Assembly: GCA_965649765.1 (NCBI GenBank)
Contig: OZ287759.1
Span: 48,980,001 to 49,044,000, forward strand
Direction: 5' to 3'
DNA from: Bispira polyomma
Lineage: Eukaryota
Length of the DNA stretch: 64,000 bases
Both the position numbers and the translations under genes were made by a program. Below are positions 24,117 to 37,634 of this stretch, piece after piece (positions within the stretch are counted from its first letter, which is position 1; the number at the start of each line of letters is the position of its first letter). Under the pieces are notes generated by a model, which saw only the letters and a list, made by a program, of their open reading frames with translations, had not been told where the DNA came from and did no database searches.

Positions 24117-24312
24117 CTGTGGCCTAGTCATTAGGGAGTTTGTCTAATGATCAGAAGGTGCCGGGTTCTACTCCCGGTACCAGCCGCTAGTCTCATCGGT
24201 GGGATAACAACCTTGGGCAAGATGTGTACAGTTTAAGGAATGGGTTAATTGGCTCTCTGAATACCAGATAAAGGTGGAAATATGTGCGGAGAACATATGA
24301 ATACAATACAAT
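24117..24312 (+). mobile_element. tRNA-derived SINE (family B)
   Basis: TGGCCTAGTCATTAG A box, GGTTCTACTCCC B box, CCTTGGGCAAG core and 3' CTGAATACCAGATAAAGG...ATACAATACAAT. Related fragments at ~24355-24420, ~24515-24630 and ~30295-30355. Confidence 0.75.
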
Positions 24313-24994
24313 AATAAAAGCTTGTATGTTTATTTACAGAAATACACTTCACTGTCTCCCTAGCTTAGTTGTTAGGGAGTTAATCTAGCGATCATATGGT
24401 TCTGGGTTGGATTCCTGGCTTGTGAGTTGTGCCCCGTTTATTTAAGCACGAATAACCAATTATTTAATCTAGACCTTATAAGTCTACCATCATCTAGTGG
24501 ATCATGTCTGTGACTTTTCTTACCAGTTAGAGGACTTGGTCTGGTAACCAGAAGGTGCCCTGTTAGACCCTTGATATTGGTCATTTTGGGATAACATTAT
24601 TAGGCAAATGTGGACACACTATTGCCTGCTCAGTTGGTCATGTATAAGGATTATAATTAATTATTGATTATGACATTGTACTTTAGAAGATGCTAACCAT
24701 CAGTAAGGTGTGTTAAAATGCAAATAAAATATATTGGCGTGTTCGAAACAGAGGCTCTTTTAAATGTTTAATAATTTCCCTAAATATTGTCGGATTCAAC
24801 AGTTAAAATAACTATTTTCTTCATTTTCTTTTCTTCTGAAGCTAATGTTATTAATAATGAAGTTTTTTCATCTTATTATTACATTAGTTTTCATTTTAAC
24901 AATAATGGTATAGGTTTCAAAAGAGAAATGAAATAACCAACTGAAGGAAAATAAATGAACTTGCATTAATAGAAAGAAAAAGAAAAAAGAAGTG

Positions 24995-26650
24995 TTGAAG
25001 ATTGAATACCAGCAATGCATCTGAAAAATTACAGACCTGTATCAAGTATTCCAATTCTATCAAAGTAATAGAGAAAGCTGCAATTATCTGTGTTGACAAT
25101 CATATGACTGAGAATGGGCTTCATAACTCCAACTTCATATCATTCTTCAACAAGAAAAACAGTGAACTACTAAAATCTGCAATTCTCTCTTGTACGGAGC
25201 AAAAGCCCCTTGCCTCCCTCCTTTCCTTCAGTAACCGCAAGAGAGGCAACAGACTCTCAGTCACTTCGGTCAGACCAATCAGAAAGGCGAGATTCAGAGG
25301 GTTCTCCACTGCAGCTCCACGGTTATGGAACAGTCTCCCAGTCTACCTCAGATCAGTTGACACACTTATCAGTTTTAGGAAAAAGCTTAAAACATATCTT
25401 TTTTAACTTGCCTACCCACCTTAGCTTCCCTCGTGCACGCTCCCACTTCCTTCCTTACGACTTTGCAATGTCCATGGACTTAATGATTGGACCAATGATT
25501 CTGCTGTTGCGCTTTAGAAGATGCCTAGCATCAATAAAGAGCGTTAAAAATCTATAATAATAATAAGAAGAAGAAATTTCAAACTGCCTACCATGCCAGC
25601 CATGGAACAGAAACAACACTTGTTAGAATATACAGTGACATCCTGTGCTCACTCAATAGCAAGCATGGCATCATTCTGATACTACTAGACCTTAGTGCTT
25701 TGACACCATTGACCACAGTATACTGATAGACAGGCACAATTCTCGTCTCGGTGTTGCAAATGTGTCCCTAAATTGGTTCAAACAGTATCATGTTGGAAGG
25801 TCACAAAGAATGACTATTGAAGATAAACAGTCAGAACCTGTACAACTGTACGTTGGTGCCCCTCAGGGTTCGTTGATGGGACCTGAAGATTACAAGATCT
25901 ACACTATTCCCGTTGGTGATATCCTCAGAAAACATTCCTTGAATAATTACATCTACACAGATGACACTCAAATCTACACCCCCTTTCTTCTCAATGATAG
26001 AAATAGTCTCGATGATGCTCTGACAAAAATAACCACCTGTATTGATGAGATAAAGCAATGGATGGCCAACAATAAGGTGAAAGTGAATGACTCAATATAA
26101 TCACTTATAACACCAAGTGAAAGTGCCTAAACATTGGAGTCATATTTTACACATCTGTATCTCCAGGAAAAGAAGTATCTCAAAGATGTAAATCATGCTT
26201 ATTTCATCTTCGCAACATCAAATCAATTTGAAGATGCATACCACAAGATGCCTGTGAAAAACTTGTTCACGGCCTTATCTACTCAAGATTGGACTATGCC
26301 AATGCTATCCTGTATGGTCTGCCGAAAAACAGAACTTACTAGCTTCAGAGAATACAAAACATGGCTGCCAGAGTAATAATTGGCATGAACAAACATTATT
26401 ACATACCACCAGTCTTAAAATCACTTCATTTGCTTCCAATTTAACACAGAATCAAGTTTAAGAGCTTTTCGTGCTATCCATGGTATGGCACCAGAGTATC
26501 TTGCAGATCTCATCACTCACTACAATCCATTAAGGACACTCATATGAAGTGAACAGTCTCTGCTGAAAATTCCAAAAGCCAGAACAAAGACTTATGGTGA
26601 AAGTTCCTTCTCAAATTCGGCTCCATATCTTTGGAACAGTCTACCACTAG
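24995..26650 (+). mobile_element. L2 RT fragment containing a nested L2 3' fragment
   Basis: RPVSSIPILSKVIEK...TENGLH is interrupted at ~25125 and resumes at ~25574 as KFQTAYHASHGTETTL; then LLDLS, GAPQGSLMGP, IYTDDTQIY, RLDYANAIL. Confidence 0.88.
25126..25573 (+). mobile_element. Nested L2 3' end
   Basis: RGFSTAAPRLWNSLPVYLRSVDTLISFRKKLKTYLF, then 3'UTR GCGCTTTAGAAGATGCC and an (AAT)n/(AAG)n tail. Confidence 0.88.
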
Positions 26651-27771
26651 ACCATTTGATGTTGTGTATGCTATGTTTGCACTGTTGTTGTGACATAATT
26701 TGCTGGTGGCTCTTTCCGAAGACAGAACTTTTGCATTTAAGAGTATTTTAATATCGTTACAGCAAACTGGATTATCCACCAACAGACCTAATGTTTTGAC
26801 ACATATACAAAATAAAAGCATTATACGATGTTATTCTGTACAAAACTCTATTTTTAGTGTGATATAAGTCTACATTTTAGGCTAATTCTTTAAGGTGACA
26901 AATTAGTACCTTTTGTTTATATTGTGCAAATTGCCGTGAATTTTAAATTCAAATTACCCTTTTGGTGTATGGTGTAAAAAAAACCTGGGTAGTTTTATTA
27001 TTATATTGATGACCATAATAACAATATATATATAATGAGGAATTAGAAGTTATGAATTGTAAATCGTTTGTATGGGAGGTTTTTAACTTATTTCTGTAAT
27101 TTTTAAGTAAATGGGGGTATATGAGTTTTAACGTATAATATACCTGGCTTCAGGATAAGATCCAACACAATAAACTTCAGTTTAAACTGAATACAGCTGA
27201 CTGGTCTTTTACTATTTTTTTCAGGCTAATGATGAAATGGTTGACATGAACACCAGGCCAGCTGAACGGTTAGTCTTTAGGCTACTGTGTAATTCATCTG
27301 AAATACACTAACATCGATAGGACTACTTTATACTCAGAAAAATCAGACACCCTCTCAGCTGCATCTGATAGTAATAATCTGATACCTCTCAGTTTAGACG
27401 ATTCAATTGCTTCTAACCAATCCATAAAGGCCTTACATATTTTAAAGATGTCTTCTCCTTTTTCAGAATGAAGATGACTCGCATCAATAATGTTAAAAGT
27501 GCATAATATAAATACATTTAAAATATATCACCTAGAATCTAGATCAGACAGGTTATTTGCTCACAGTTTTTTAACTCAGTAGCTCATATTTAAAAATTGC
27601 TTGGATCTGTGTTTCCACTGTTTGTTGAATATGATGCATATTCATAGTATAATGCATTGGTATTGTTCTGTAAATAAACTTCTGTGAAGATTCTGTAGTC
27701 TCTCTCCTATATTTCAGTATGTTTTTAGGAAGGATATGTCACCTGCTGAAGAACACATCATTTTGACATGC

Positions 27772-29277
27772 AGTGATGACCTAAAGAATTATTGCCCTGT
27801 ATCTGGTCTTAGTTTCATATCAAAACTGGTTGAAGGTGGGGTTGCTAGGCAACTGTTAGATTACATCTTTGTCCACGACTTAGACAACCCATACCAGTCT
27901 GCGTATAAAACAGATCATTCGACTGAGACAGCTCTTCTGTCTATAAAAAATGAAGTTCACCTATCTTTGTCAAGAGGGAAACCTACTGCCCTGGTATTGC
28001 TCGACCTCTCTGCTGCCTTTAACACCATTGATCATTCCATGCTTCTCAGTTGTCTTCAGACTTGGTTTGGAGTTAGGGGCTCTGTTCTTAAATGGTTCAC
28101 TTCCTACTTCACTGATCGTTATCATTGGCTCTACTTTGTCCGATTTTTGTAAACTCTTGTTTGGTGTTCCCCAAGGTTCTGTTTTGGGTCCTCTGTTGTT
28201 CTCATTATACACTGCCCCTCTCAGATTGGTTATTGGCAAATACACAGGTATTAAGTTTCATTTGTATGCAGATGATACCCAAATTTATGTGCACCTATCA
28301 CATAAGAACACATCTACTGCCTTTGAACAGTTGAACAGGTGCCTTGACGATGTGGAAGAGTGGATGTCAACTGGTAAACTCAAACTTAACCCGACAAGAC
28401 TGAGTTCATAATCTTTGGCTCAAAACAACAGAGGGATAAGTTGAAAGCATTGTTTCCAGTTGACATCATGGGTAGCCCTTTCAGCCCAGCTGATTCTGTC
28501 AAGAAACTGGGTGTATAGTTTGACTCTGACTTTTCTTTCTCTAAACACGTTCAGAAAGTCTGCAAAAGCCGTTTTGTGCAACTCCAGGACTTTAGATGTG
28601 TCAGGTGGTTTCTCACTTTCGATGCTTCTATACTTGTGGCCAATGCTTTTGTCAGTAGTAGACTGGATTACTGCAATTCGCTTTTCAGGAGTCTCTCAAA
28701 GTTTAATTTACGTAAATTACAATGCATTCAAAATAGTGCAGCTAGAATTGTGTCAAACACCAGTCGATACACCAGTATAACTCCTGTTCTTAAGAAATTG
28801 CATTGGCTCCCTGTTGAAGAGCGGTCAGTGTTTAAGACAGCTACACTTGTTTATAAGTTTCTTCACACTGGGTTTCCAAAGTATTTTGCCCCATGTCTTT
28901 CCACTTACAGTAGTTCCTACAATACCAGACATAGTCAGAGTGGTAGTTATTTCCTTGTTGTTCCAAAGTTCCACCCATCTACTCAAAAGTTTGGTCACAG
29001 CTTTGCTTTTGATGCTCCTATTGTTTGGAATGCTCTTCCTTATGTGATTCGTGCTTCCCCCTCACTAGCCTTTTTTAGAAAGCATCTTAAAACCCACTTG
29101 TACACTAAAGCATACTCACCTTAGTCTCAATCATCCCCCGGCGCGCTCTGTGGTGCGGACCCTTTTCTGTCCCTTGATTTTGGAAATTGGATTACTGTCT
29201 TTTGTACTGGTGCGCCTTAGAGTTACCTTTGTTAAGGGGAGATTAAGAGTGATAAAAGTATGATTGCAATTACAATT
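27772..29277 (+). mobile_element. L2 LINE, 5'-truncated (RT to 3' end)
   Basis: [67 protein letters not shown]; 3' stem-loop and (ATTACA)n tail. Confidence 0.95.
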
Positions 29278-32179
29278 GTAAGTAGCATTAATGAAAATAT
29301 TCCATCATGAAAATAGATGACAAAATAGAAGTAACTAACATAAAAGTAAGTAATATATGCCAGGTAATGTTTTTTAATATCCTAAGCTGGTCTTGCCCTC
29401 TAACCTCTTTTGTTGTGTGTTCTGAATCTTGGACATGGTGTGTATATTTCTGTCAAACAGTGAACTGCACATTGTGATATCACACAAGATATGTTGAAAG
29501 AGACGCTAAATGAAATATATATTAATCATGAAAGCCTTTCTTTTAACCATTAAAACAATTCAAGCCTAATGCAACTTCATTTTTACCAATAGTTGTTTAT
29601 GAATAGAATAGTGCAATGACACATTTGAGTTGTGCGAATTTCAAATATTTTAGGCCAAACAACTCTTTGAAAGGGTTGTATCAAAGCTGTAGATATTTAA
29701 GTTGTAAATATCCAAACATGTGATTTCAAATGACAAATTACATCCCTAAATATTTTACCAATCACATAAATTCAGTGAAATGCTTACTTAATAAACTACA
29801 GCCTACTGTATGTAGGTCCTTTTGATCACATACGTGTTATGTGTCAGGAGATATCCTACTGCCTGGGTGCTAGTTTATTTGAACCTTTAACATATAAACT
29901 GTGGAGTTTAAATTCACAAAGTCAAAATCAAGGCTTTATCTTAATGTTTATTTAATCTACCACACTGGTGCAACTACAGGAAAAACGATAATACCCAGCA
30001 AGCTGCTCCAAAAAATAAATTCTGTCTGGTACCGAGATATAAAACCAAAGTACACGAGTCAAAGTTTTACTTTGATAAAAGTTTTGCAAACGATTATCCT
30101 ACTTCATGGAATAGTTTACTTCAAGACATTAAAACATCTGTGTTCCTTCTGGCGTAGTTTAGATACCTCTCTGTCCAATAATGCATTCCCTCTATAGCCC
30201 CTTTTCTGTTCTTGGTGGATGTATTAATGATGACTTCCGGCTGTTGATCATTAATGATTTTTGGCTCTGGTTGTGTAATATATGTGTGATTATCCCCAGC
30301 CTAGTGGTTAAACAGTTATTCTGGTGATCAAAAGTTCCCTGGTTCGACTCCTAGTAAAACATCGAAATGGTCATTGGATCAAAACAATATGCATGAACAA
30401 GGTTCATCAGAAATTTATAATACACAAATGGCGGCAGCTTATTCAGAAATCTTTAGCCACTGTGAAAATGTAGGTTAAAGGATTTAATACCTTCTACCAG
30501 ATTCTGTTATTTCACACATTTAAAACACCATGTTTTAGATAATATTAAGCAATCCCCGAAGAAATTCACTAACTATAGAACACAATTCACTTGGTGTGTC
30601 AAAGTACACAAATGTTAAAGTTTCCATACTATACAAGCATGTACCAAATATGTGCTGTTCTACTTCACATAATTTATATCATAAACTGTGTAAATATCAC
30701 CTGATATGTAATGTTCTATATCTAAGTCTGTTCACTTAAAAGTATACATTCTCACTGAAGCCAGATCAATTAAATCTGCCACTGGTTGTGTGATAACTCT
30801 TGTCAGCTTTACAACAGTACAGTAAGGAATCTAAAATATGCACCTGTATCTGAAAAAAATCGCCACCCATGACATTTAAGCCAAATAAATGAAAACTGGC
30901 AAAAATTAATTGGTAGGGAAGGCAAAATAGTTTCACCAGTTAATAACCACAATTATACCCAAAAACAAAACATTTTCTAGGTGGCGAATATTATATAGTG
31001 GCGAAATTTACATGCCTTACATGTGTATATATATATTTTTTTTTTCGAAACATGTGCTTTCTACCAATAAAACACATAAGGAAAAATGCAGTAGACCAAA
31101 GTACAAAACATATTTAACAAACAAACAAAAAATAGATATATTATAGAATGGTTTTCAAACAATGTCCTCAACGAAGTTGGTTATCTCAAGGACGACAGTG
31201 TAGCTGTTAATGCTGCCTTGCAAAATATTCAACCAGGTATTGAACAATTACATGTTTATGACACTTGAATATCATGCACAAAATCGAAAGAAAACGTAAG
31301 TTTGTTTTCAACAACTTGGGTTATATATAACGACAGTCAAATTTAATGATAGAAGAAACCAGTATTAAAGCGCTGTAAACCACCGACCCTACAGTAAGCA
31401 TATTTGGTCTGTACAATTCATTATTATTTCAGGAATGAAGAATATATAACTAATATGGTGTAGGTCATGTGGGGGTTGAGATATTCCCCACAAGGGAATT
31501 ATATACTTCTATATATATATATTTATTTATTTCATAACTGTTATGTCACTTTTAACAGCTTTGGTCATATCATAACGGCCAGATTTGATGGTGGCAGAAA
31601 CCCATGCTGAAGTACTTGTACACCACTGAGCTACATCAAGTACCTGACCAACTTTCCCACATACAGGAATGGGCAGGGTTAGAAGTCCCTGCTCCCCTGT
31701 ATATATGCACGCTATATGGGGATACCCAAAATACTGTCCGCTTTGGTTACGTTTTCTCTCTGGATAAGTGTTTGGAGTGATACAGTCTTTTTTTTTACAT
31801 CAGATGTTTACAATATTATGGCACTAAATACTTACCATTTGTTTTTTGTAAAAAATATATGTGTCATTGTTGACAAATAATGTTATGCCTGAAAGGAACA
31901 CCCCGTATTCACTAATTGCGTACTGTGGCAGTAAAGGTAATTTTAAATTTGTCATACATAAAATACAAAAACTGGGGTTGCAGTTCCAAGTGTCAGTTAA
32001 CAGTAAAACTTGTATTTTACTTTCTACAAGCTGCTTACTTTGACAATTACTCACCATAGTTTCCATGCTTATAAAGACAAGTAATGCTTGTGTATATTTT
32101 TCAGATCTTGTGAGCACTAAAGGGAGGGTTTCTTCTCTGGAGGATAATTATGAAGATAATACTGTCAGAAGATGTGAGT

Positions 32180-32345
32180 ATATCAACTGTAACCTCTCCA
32201 GACGTTTTATGTGAAGTTAGTTGGGTGTTCTGTCGCCTACACAGTTTAGGTAATATCACTGGGGCAAGCTTTAATGGTCGAACAAACCAGTGTTGGAGCA
32301 AACCACCGACCTACGGTAAGTACCTTAAACTTTTCCCACATGAAG
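32180..32345 (-). mobile_element. SINE fragment (family A, related to 14291-14547)
   Basis: Shares the ATGTGGGAAAAG...TACTTACCGTAGGTCGGTGGTTT core. Similar fragments at ~31345-31400, ~31530-31680, ~49725-49900, ~54480-54740 and ~61270-61480. Confidence 0.6.
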
Positions 32346-32829
32346 GAGAGAGGCCAGTGGGATGAACAGAGAAAAAAGGTTGAAGGTATAGGACATTAAC
32401 TCACCACATGAGTGGCGTAAGATTTAATGACCTTACGTTGCAAAGAAATCAATTGTACTGCGTTCCTTGGTAAAGGTACAGTGAGACTTTTTTTTACACA
32501 TAGCATTGCATACACAGTCAGTACATTTATTTAGAAAAATACGATTGGAGAGAAATAATGTACACATGGTATGACTTTTTAGCAAACACATTGATTATGT
32601 ATAGAAACCCACATGCCTATGTCTGGCTAGGTTTATACCTAACATACACATCTAGACAGGGTGCAGGGGTAACACCCTCTCCTTGCACCTCTAGGTTGAA
32701 ATCGTAAAGGGCGTCCTGGCCCCTTCTGGTGTCGTAAAATCCGAACATTTATTTATTTATCTATTTCATACAACAATGTGTATATTACTTTAGTTTACAA
32801 TAACAAACATTTTTTTTAAAATTATTACC

Positions 32830-33130
32830 ACCATCAGATCATTAAAACACCATTAATCTGTTACCAATATAAAATTCAAACCCACAATATTTCAATTTTA
32901 AAATAACCAATGTACACAGTGAATAAAAGTCGTGATAATACGCCACCTTCCTTAACACCATGAAAAGCAGAGTAAAATTCAGAGATATTGTCACAAGTTT
33001 TGTGTGCAAACTTAATAACAACCTTGTATACATAGGACATAAGCAATGTGAATAACGTTACACACTGAACTCTGTCAAAAGCTATGCTTGCATCAAGCAT
33101 CATAAAAAAAACATCACTACTATTATTTAA
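32830..33130 (-). mobile_element. Non-LTR RT fragment (RTE-X/Proto2-like)
   Basis: MLDASIAFDRVQ...LF, GVKEGGVLSRLLFTVYI, CG..FYIGN. Confidence 0.7.
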
Positions 33131-34869
33131 GTAATATTGTATAACTTAATTTACGGTAACAGTGCACATCATAGTAGAATGGTTCTTTTTAAAACGAAAT
33201 TGACAGTTAGATTTAGCAAATACACTGTCATGTTGACTCATAATGAAAAGATCAAGCAGTTTAACTATAAGGCTACTCTAAGATATAGCCCTGTAGTTGT
33301 CAGAGCAATAAACATACTTTTTCTTGTTCTTAGATATTTGTATTACAGTTGAAATTAACATATCATTTGGTGTATTTATTTATTTCATTTCTCGCTCGTC
33401 CAATAAATTTGTACATTACAAGGTAAAAAGAAAAAATACAACTATAAGAATACACGGAACAAATAGAACAGATTTATATAGCCTAATTATATATTTAAAT
33501 GTAGACTACTGTGCTTTCGTCATCTAAAATTATGGGTTTTTATAAAACATTTAACATCTAATTTATTTCACCCATGTCTTAACAAACTCAAATAAACATA
33601 CAACCTTTCATTGCTATGGATAAGATGGTTTGTGAAGTGTCCTAAACGGCATTCACTGTTGCCGTGTTTAAGTTTTTTGATAGCACAACACAGATCAGAA
33701 ACATTAAAATTATGTTTACAGTAATACTACATACCGTATTTGTATTATTATTCTTGTTCATAGCTAATATAATTTTGACTTTTAAGTCCAAAACCTAGCA
33801 CTATCCCTCTCCAATACTATATTTAGTTTCATTACATTATTTAGAATACTACCAAAGTAATAATTTTGACTTTAAATTTGCTTCTGCTCTGGCCAGGTAA
33901 CAGCATTTTTCACCTATTTTTCTTTGTAATTGTTGGGTATGTACCTCTTGATTACAAAAATTACGTGCAAGATTTTTCATTTAAAATAGATTTTCAATTT
34001 ACATTTGTGTAGTATTTTATTCTGAACATCTAAAAAAGTATTCTCTACTCCAATTACCCAAGGTAATGTGTTAATTAATGCCAAATATGATTCACTATTC
34101 CCAGTTTTACACCAAAATTATGTTTATTACAGAGAAAAGGTTTAGAATAATGGTTGTGCTGTTAACATTTCACTATAGAGGAATTATGTAGATATTATTA
34201 AATATTGCAAGGAACTGAATCAAAATCAAAGATATTTTGTAGATAATAAGGATTATAAATATGTTGCTTTTTTTTATTTGTTACTCTTGTTTATAGAAAG
34301 TTATACAGTTGTCTCCAAATAGTAATTTTTGACCAATTAAACACAAGGTTGCATTTTGTTGTAGATTATTGGTGTCACTGTTTTTCACTTGCAGTGATAA
34401 TTGGGAAGCCTGCAGGTATTTCTATTTTTATTACATGTTTATTTTCGAGCCTTTGCCAGGCTAGGCGAATATTTTCTGCAGAGGTTTGTGTGCATCTACA
34501 AAGGGGTTCAATATTGATTAAATATGCTTGACAAGGAGTGGACATTTACAGCCACATGAAGTGTGGTGATTTTTTGTATAGTTTGGGGTGAGTTAGCAAA
34601 AGGAAGTTCAGGGTAAAACACCCAAAAAGTTTATATTCTGTGAGGTCAGAAGCTCCAATGTTTTGTAAGTATTTTGAAATTTATTACCAGTAAAATTGTA
34701 ATTCCTTTTTCTTGTAGTTTAATGTTATTATTTTTTCCTCTTTTTTCCCTTCTCTATTTTTGTGTTTTTTGTATATGTTACTTTGAATGTGCTTTTTTGT
34801 CTGTTTTTTAGATTTACCTGGTTATACCAGTGTACAGCAATAAATCTTTTGGAAGGAATAATTGCTCTT

Positions 34870-37116
34870 TATTTTTTACCTCACAAACTCAACATGGAAG
34901 ATACATATTTATACAATATCTTACAGAAATATATAGTTAAAAAACTTTTTGCAGAGCAGTCAAAGTCTCTTGAAGGTAAAGTTACAATAGAAGAATTAGG
35001 AAAGGCTTTAAAAGCCATAAAAATGGAAAAACTCCTGGAATCGATGGCTTTTAACATATATTTAACACTGATATTTAAGCAATGTGGTATCTTGTCTAAA
35101 GCATTTAGCATAAAACGTGGTTTTTAAATTTATTTTATGTGGATAGATACTTTCTACACTTATACAGAATTCAAATAATTTTAAAGGTATAATAGTTGGA
35201 ACTATGGAGTACAGACTTATGCAGCTTTCCGATGACACCACACTGTTTATGAATGGGTCCCAAAAATCCCTGCAGGGAGCTTTAAATATCCTGGAAATAT
35301 TTGTCAGGCCTGAAAATGAATACCCTTTAAAACTAAGGTGATATGGATAGGGAGCAAAAACACAATAAAGATAAGCTATTAATAAATTCAAAACTTGAGT
35401 GGGGCATCACAGATTTAATATTGTTAGGTATCACATTCAACGTAAATCTTGACCGTATGTTAGAAAACATTTTCAATAATGCCATGCTGCAATCTAAATC
35501 TTTATTAAACAATTAGAAGAAGCGATATCTCACACCATTTGGAAAATAACTATCATAAAGACATTTATGATTGCCAAATTTAACCATCTGTTTATATCAC
35601 TGCCAAATCCAACCTCGATTATGGTTAGGTCATTAACTAATTTGATTAATGACTTACAATGGAATGGCAAACCAGACAAGGTAAATAGAAAACAAAATTG
35701 TAAAAAAGATTCTGATGGTTGGTTAAAAATGATAGATATTGAAAAATTCATTGCATCCTTAAAGTCTACTTGGATTGGACACAGATTGGACATAGGCATA
35801 TCTTCTTAACTATAAATTAAACATAGGTCACAAATTAGGCCTTTTTGGATCAATATGGTCTAAAGAATTATGCTTGAAGATAACAAATCCATTTTGGAAG
35901 GGCGTATTGCTTTCATAGCATTCAGCCACAGAATCATGCACTATTAATACCAGAGAAAATGTTTAGTACAGTCCACTGTGGTACAATGACAACATAAGTT
36001 CACAAACTTTTTTACCCTAAATGGTTTGCAAAAGGTATCCAATATGTAGGGGATTTATTAAAAGATAGAAACATGATCCTTTCTATGAAAGACCTGAAAC
36101 AACACTAAAATCTCCAAACTTTTAATACTTTAGAATACTACACAGTTATATTGCTGATCAACTCCTTTATAAATAAACATAAACGATGGGTAACAGTTTA
36201 ATCAGCAAAGTAAGACCTTTCATTCCATTTCATATGGCGTTCTTATTAAATAGTAAAAAAGCTGCGGTAGATATGTACAAAATCCTGAAGAAATCATTAT
36301 TGAAGCCTAAGATGAAGAACAAGAATAGAGACTTATACGAAGTAATTGAAGATGCCAATTGGAAATTTTTTTAAAGTATGTTTCCGTTTCACATGTGATG
36401 CCTCACTTACATGACTCCAATACAGAAGTTTAAAAAGAATCATAGAATATTTAACTGTTATCAATAATGATAACTCAGACACATGTAGATTGTGTAGTGA
36501 GGAAGTAGAATCAATTGAGCATTTATTTTTCTATTGTAATAAATCAAACCAATTATGGAATACAATTCAGAATTGGATTAAAATCAAGATTGCAGCTATG
36601 TTTGATTTTAATGTAAAAGATATTGTCTTTAGACATATTAAATAGATTGCCATTGTGAACCATTAAATTTATTAATCTTGTCAGCCAAGAAATATACTTT
36701 TTATTGTGTAATAATTCATAAAATTCCCAATTTCTATGCCTTTCTACAGAAATTTAAGGGTATTTACTTAGAGTAGGGGGTAGGAGAGATCTTTTTGAAA
36801 AGAAGTGGAGAGTGTGGAAACAACTATTCCAGGATATATACATTAAAACTATACGTGACAATTACAGAGGAAAGTGACTGCAAGAAGAACTAATGTTTTT
36901 TTGTTTTTGTTTTTAAATGGTGTTTTTTATTTCTTGTTAACTTGATTTAATGCATTGTATGTAAAACTTTGTTATATTGTGATATTTGTTATTTTAAATG
37001 TGTTTTTCATTTCGTTCAGAGTATGTAAAGTGTTCTTTATTTCTTGGTAATTTAATGCATACTATGTAAAATTGTACATTGTGATTAACTGGAGAATAAT
37101 AAAAGCATATAAAAAA
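34870..37116 (+). mobile_element. Tx1/L1 ORF2 (RT to 3' end), heavily decayed, in the lectin intron
   Basis: LEGKVTIEELGKALK, QLSDDTTLF, LTPFGKITIIKTFMIAKFNHLFISLPNP, SPLWYNDNI, CRLCSEEVESIEHLFFYC; AATAAA plus A-rich tail near 37098-37116. Confidence 0.9.
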
Positions 37117-37519
37117 GAAGAAATTTGGGTTAAATAATTGTACCAAAAATGTAATTAAAATCTTGTCATTCATGAGTGCAAAGAAAACATCTCATTCTGT
37201 ACTGCACTTCAAATATTCATCGTTTCACTTTTATGGAGTGATCAATTGGCCTTTATTTATGTGTTACTCAGTATGCTTATCTAAAATGCTTAGTTAAAAG
37301 TTACTGAATGAAGTCTATTTGGCATGGGGATTAAAATACTGTGGTAATTTGTGAGAAATGAGAAAATCTAATTTCTATAAATTGTAATGAAAATGCTTTT
37401 TCAATTTAACTTTTCCGCAAACAATAGCTCCATGCTAGTCAGCAACTATACTATTAATGCTACCTGTTCAGTACACAGCAATAATACCCAATTTGTCAAT
37501 ATTTACTTTTGAAATCTAA

Positions 37520-37634
37520 ACATTCTTAGGAATTTAGAAATTCTTATTCTCAGAATTATTCTTAAGAAATGCTGGTTTTATTTATAAAAATAAGAGTAAT
37601 TCTAAGTGTAAGAATGTTAGTGAATATGGACCCT
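37520..37634. mobile_element. Palindromic MITE remnant
   Basis: ATTCTTATTCTCAGAATTATTCTTA...TAAGAGTAATTCTAAGTGTAAGAAT..GTGAATATGGACCC; related copy at ~40045-40150. Confidence 0.45.
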
